A stretch of 62,903 nt of DNA, counting the filler, from Basidiobolus ranarum (lineage: Eukaryota): assembly GCA_040143965.1 (NCBI GenBank). It is 30 parts of 30 records of this genome, joined end to end, with 100 filler letters (N's around TTAATTAATTAA, not from the genome) between each part and the next. Parts side by side here need not be neighbours in the genome. Positions count along the whole stretch, not along the records: positions 60,910 to 62,903 come from JASJQH010010837.1; 29 more parts are not named here. One strand, 5' to 3'. Position 1 is the stretch's first letter; every line of letters begins with the position of its first letter. Made by a program: the position numbers and the translations under genes. The notes below the pieces were generated by a model. The model worked only from the letters and a program-made list of their open reading frames with translations. It made no database searches and was not told the DNA's origin. Below, one piece after another: positions 62,661 through 62,903 of this stretch.

Positions 62661-62903
62661 ATGCACTTCTCCAGCGCGGTCTTTTCTCTTCTTTCGTCTG
62701 CAGCAATTCTTACACGCTATGTTACAGCTGCACCTCTTGATAATTGCAATGTGCTCACCAGCGAGCAACAGAACCTCATTGGGCTTAATGCTTGCAACCC
62801 GGTACAGGTCACCATCCAGTCCGTCCCAGAATCAGTCGTGAGCTTTCTCGACAATACGCCTTATCAAGTGGGACAACAAGACTTCATCACACCTGGTAAC
62901 TTG
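62661..62903 (+). CDS. N-terminal part of the same secreted protein
   Basis: MHFSSAVFSLLSSAAILTRYVTAAP signal peptide; context CCAACAATG; TATATA about 60 bp upstream; ends DFITPGNL in frame with 60911. Confidence 0.8.
   Translation, partial: MHFSSAVFSLLSSAAILTRYVTAAPLDNCNVLTSEQQNLIGLNACNPVQVTIQSVPESVVSFLDNTPYQVGQQDFITPGNL

Overview
This window is not a contiguous locus. It is 30 contigs of about 2.0 kb, sorted by decreasing length (2007 down to 1994 bp) and joined by an artificial 100-bp spacer (44 N + TTAATTAATTAA + 44 N), so adjacency across spacers means nothing. The DNA is AT-rich and eukaryotic (short GT-AG introns). It looks like an early-diverging fungus: class II aldolase, cytosolic Hsp70, an AP-4 epsilon adaptin and a bacterial-type NRPS; a Basidiobolus-like assignment is inference only. 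Most of the sequence is decayed, nested, CpG-depleted transposons: several Ty1/copia LTR families with half-tRNA-iMet primer sites, Ty3/gypsy fragments, a multi-copy CACTA/EnSpm-like family with CCCTAACA termini, and a PIF/Harbinger-like element. Host genes are an SDR, AP-4 epsilon, FBA1, Hsp70, tRNA-Pro(CGG), a P450 tail and several secreted or small proteins. Most interesting: (1) a mini LTR retroelement whose LTR carries a tRNA-like cassette, with only 51 bp from the PBS through the PPT; (2) an intronless bacterial-style N-methylating NRPS; (3) an intronless secreted DUF3472/DUF5077-like protein, a candidate for horizontal transfer; (4) a circularly permuted last contig that re-joins into a 194-aa secreted Cys-containing protein, suggesting a collapsed tandem array or a circle. 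All family calls are by-eye motif recognition; no searches were run.
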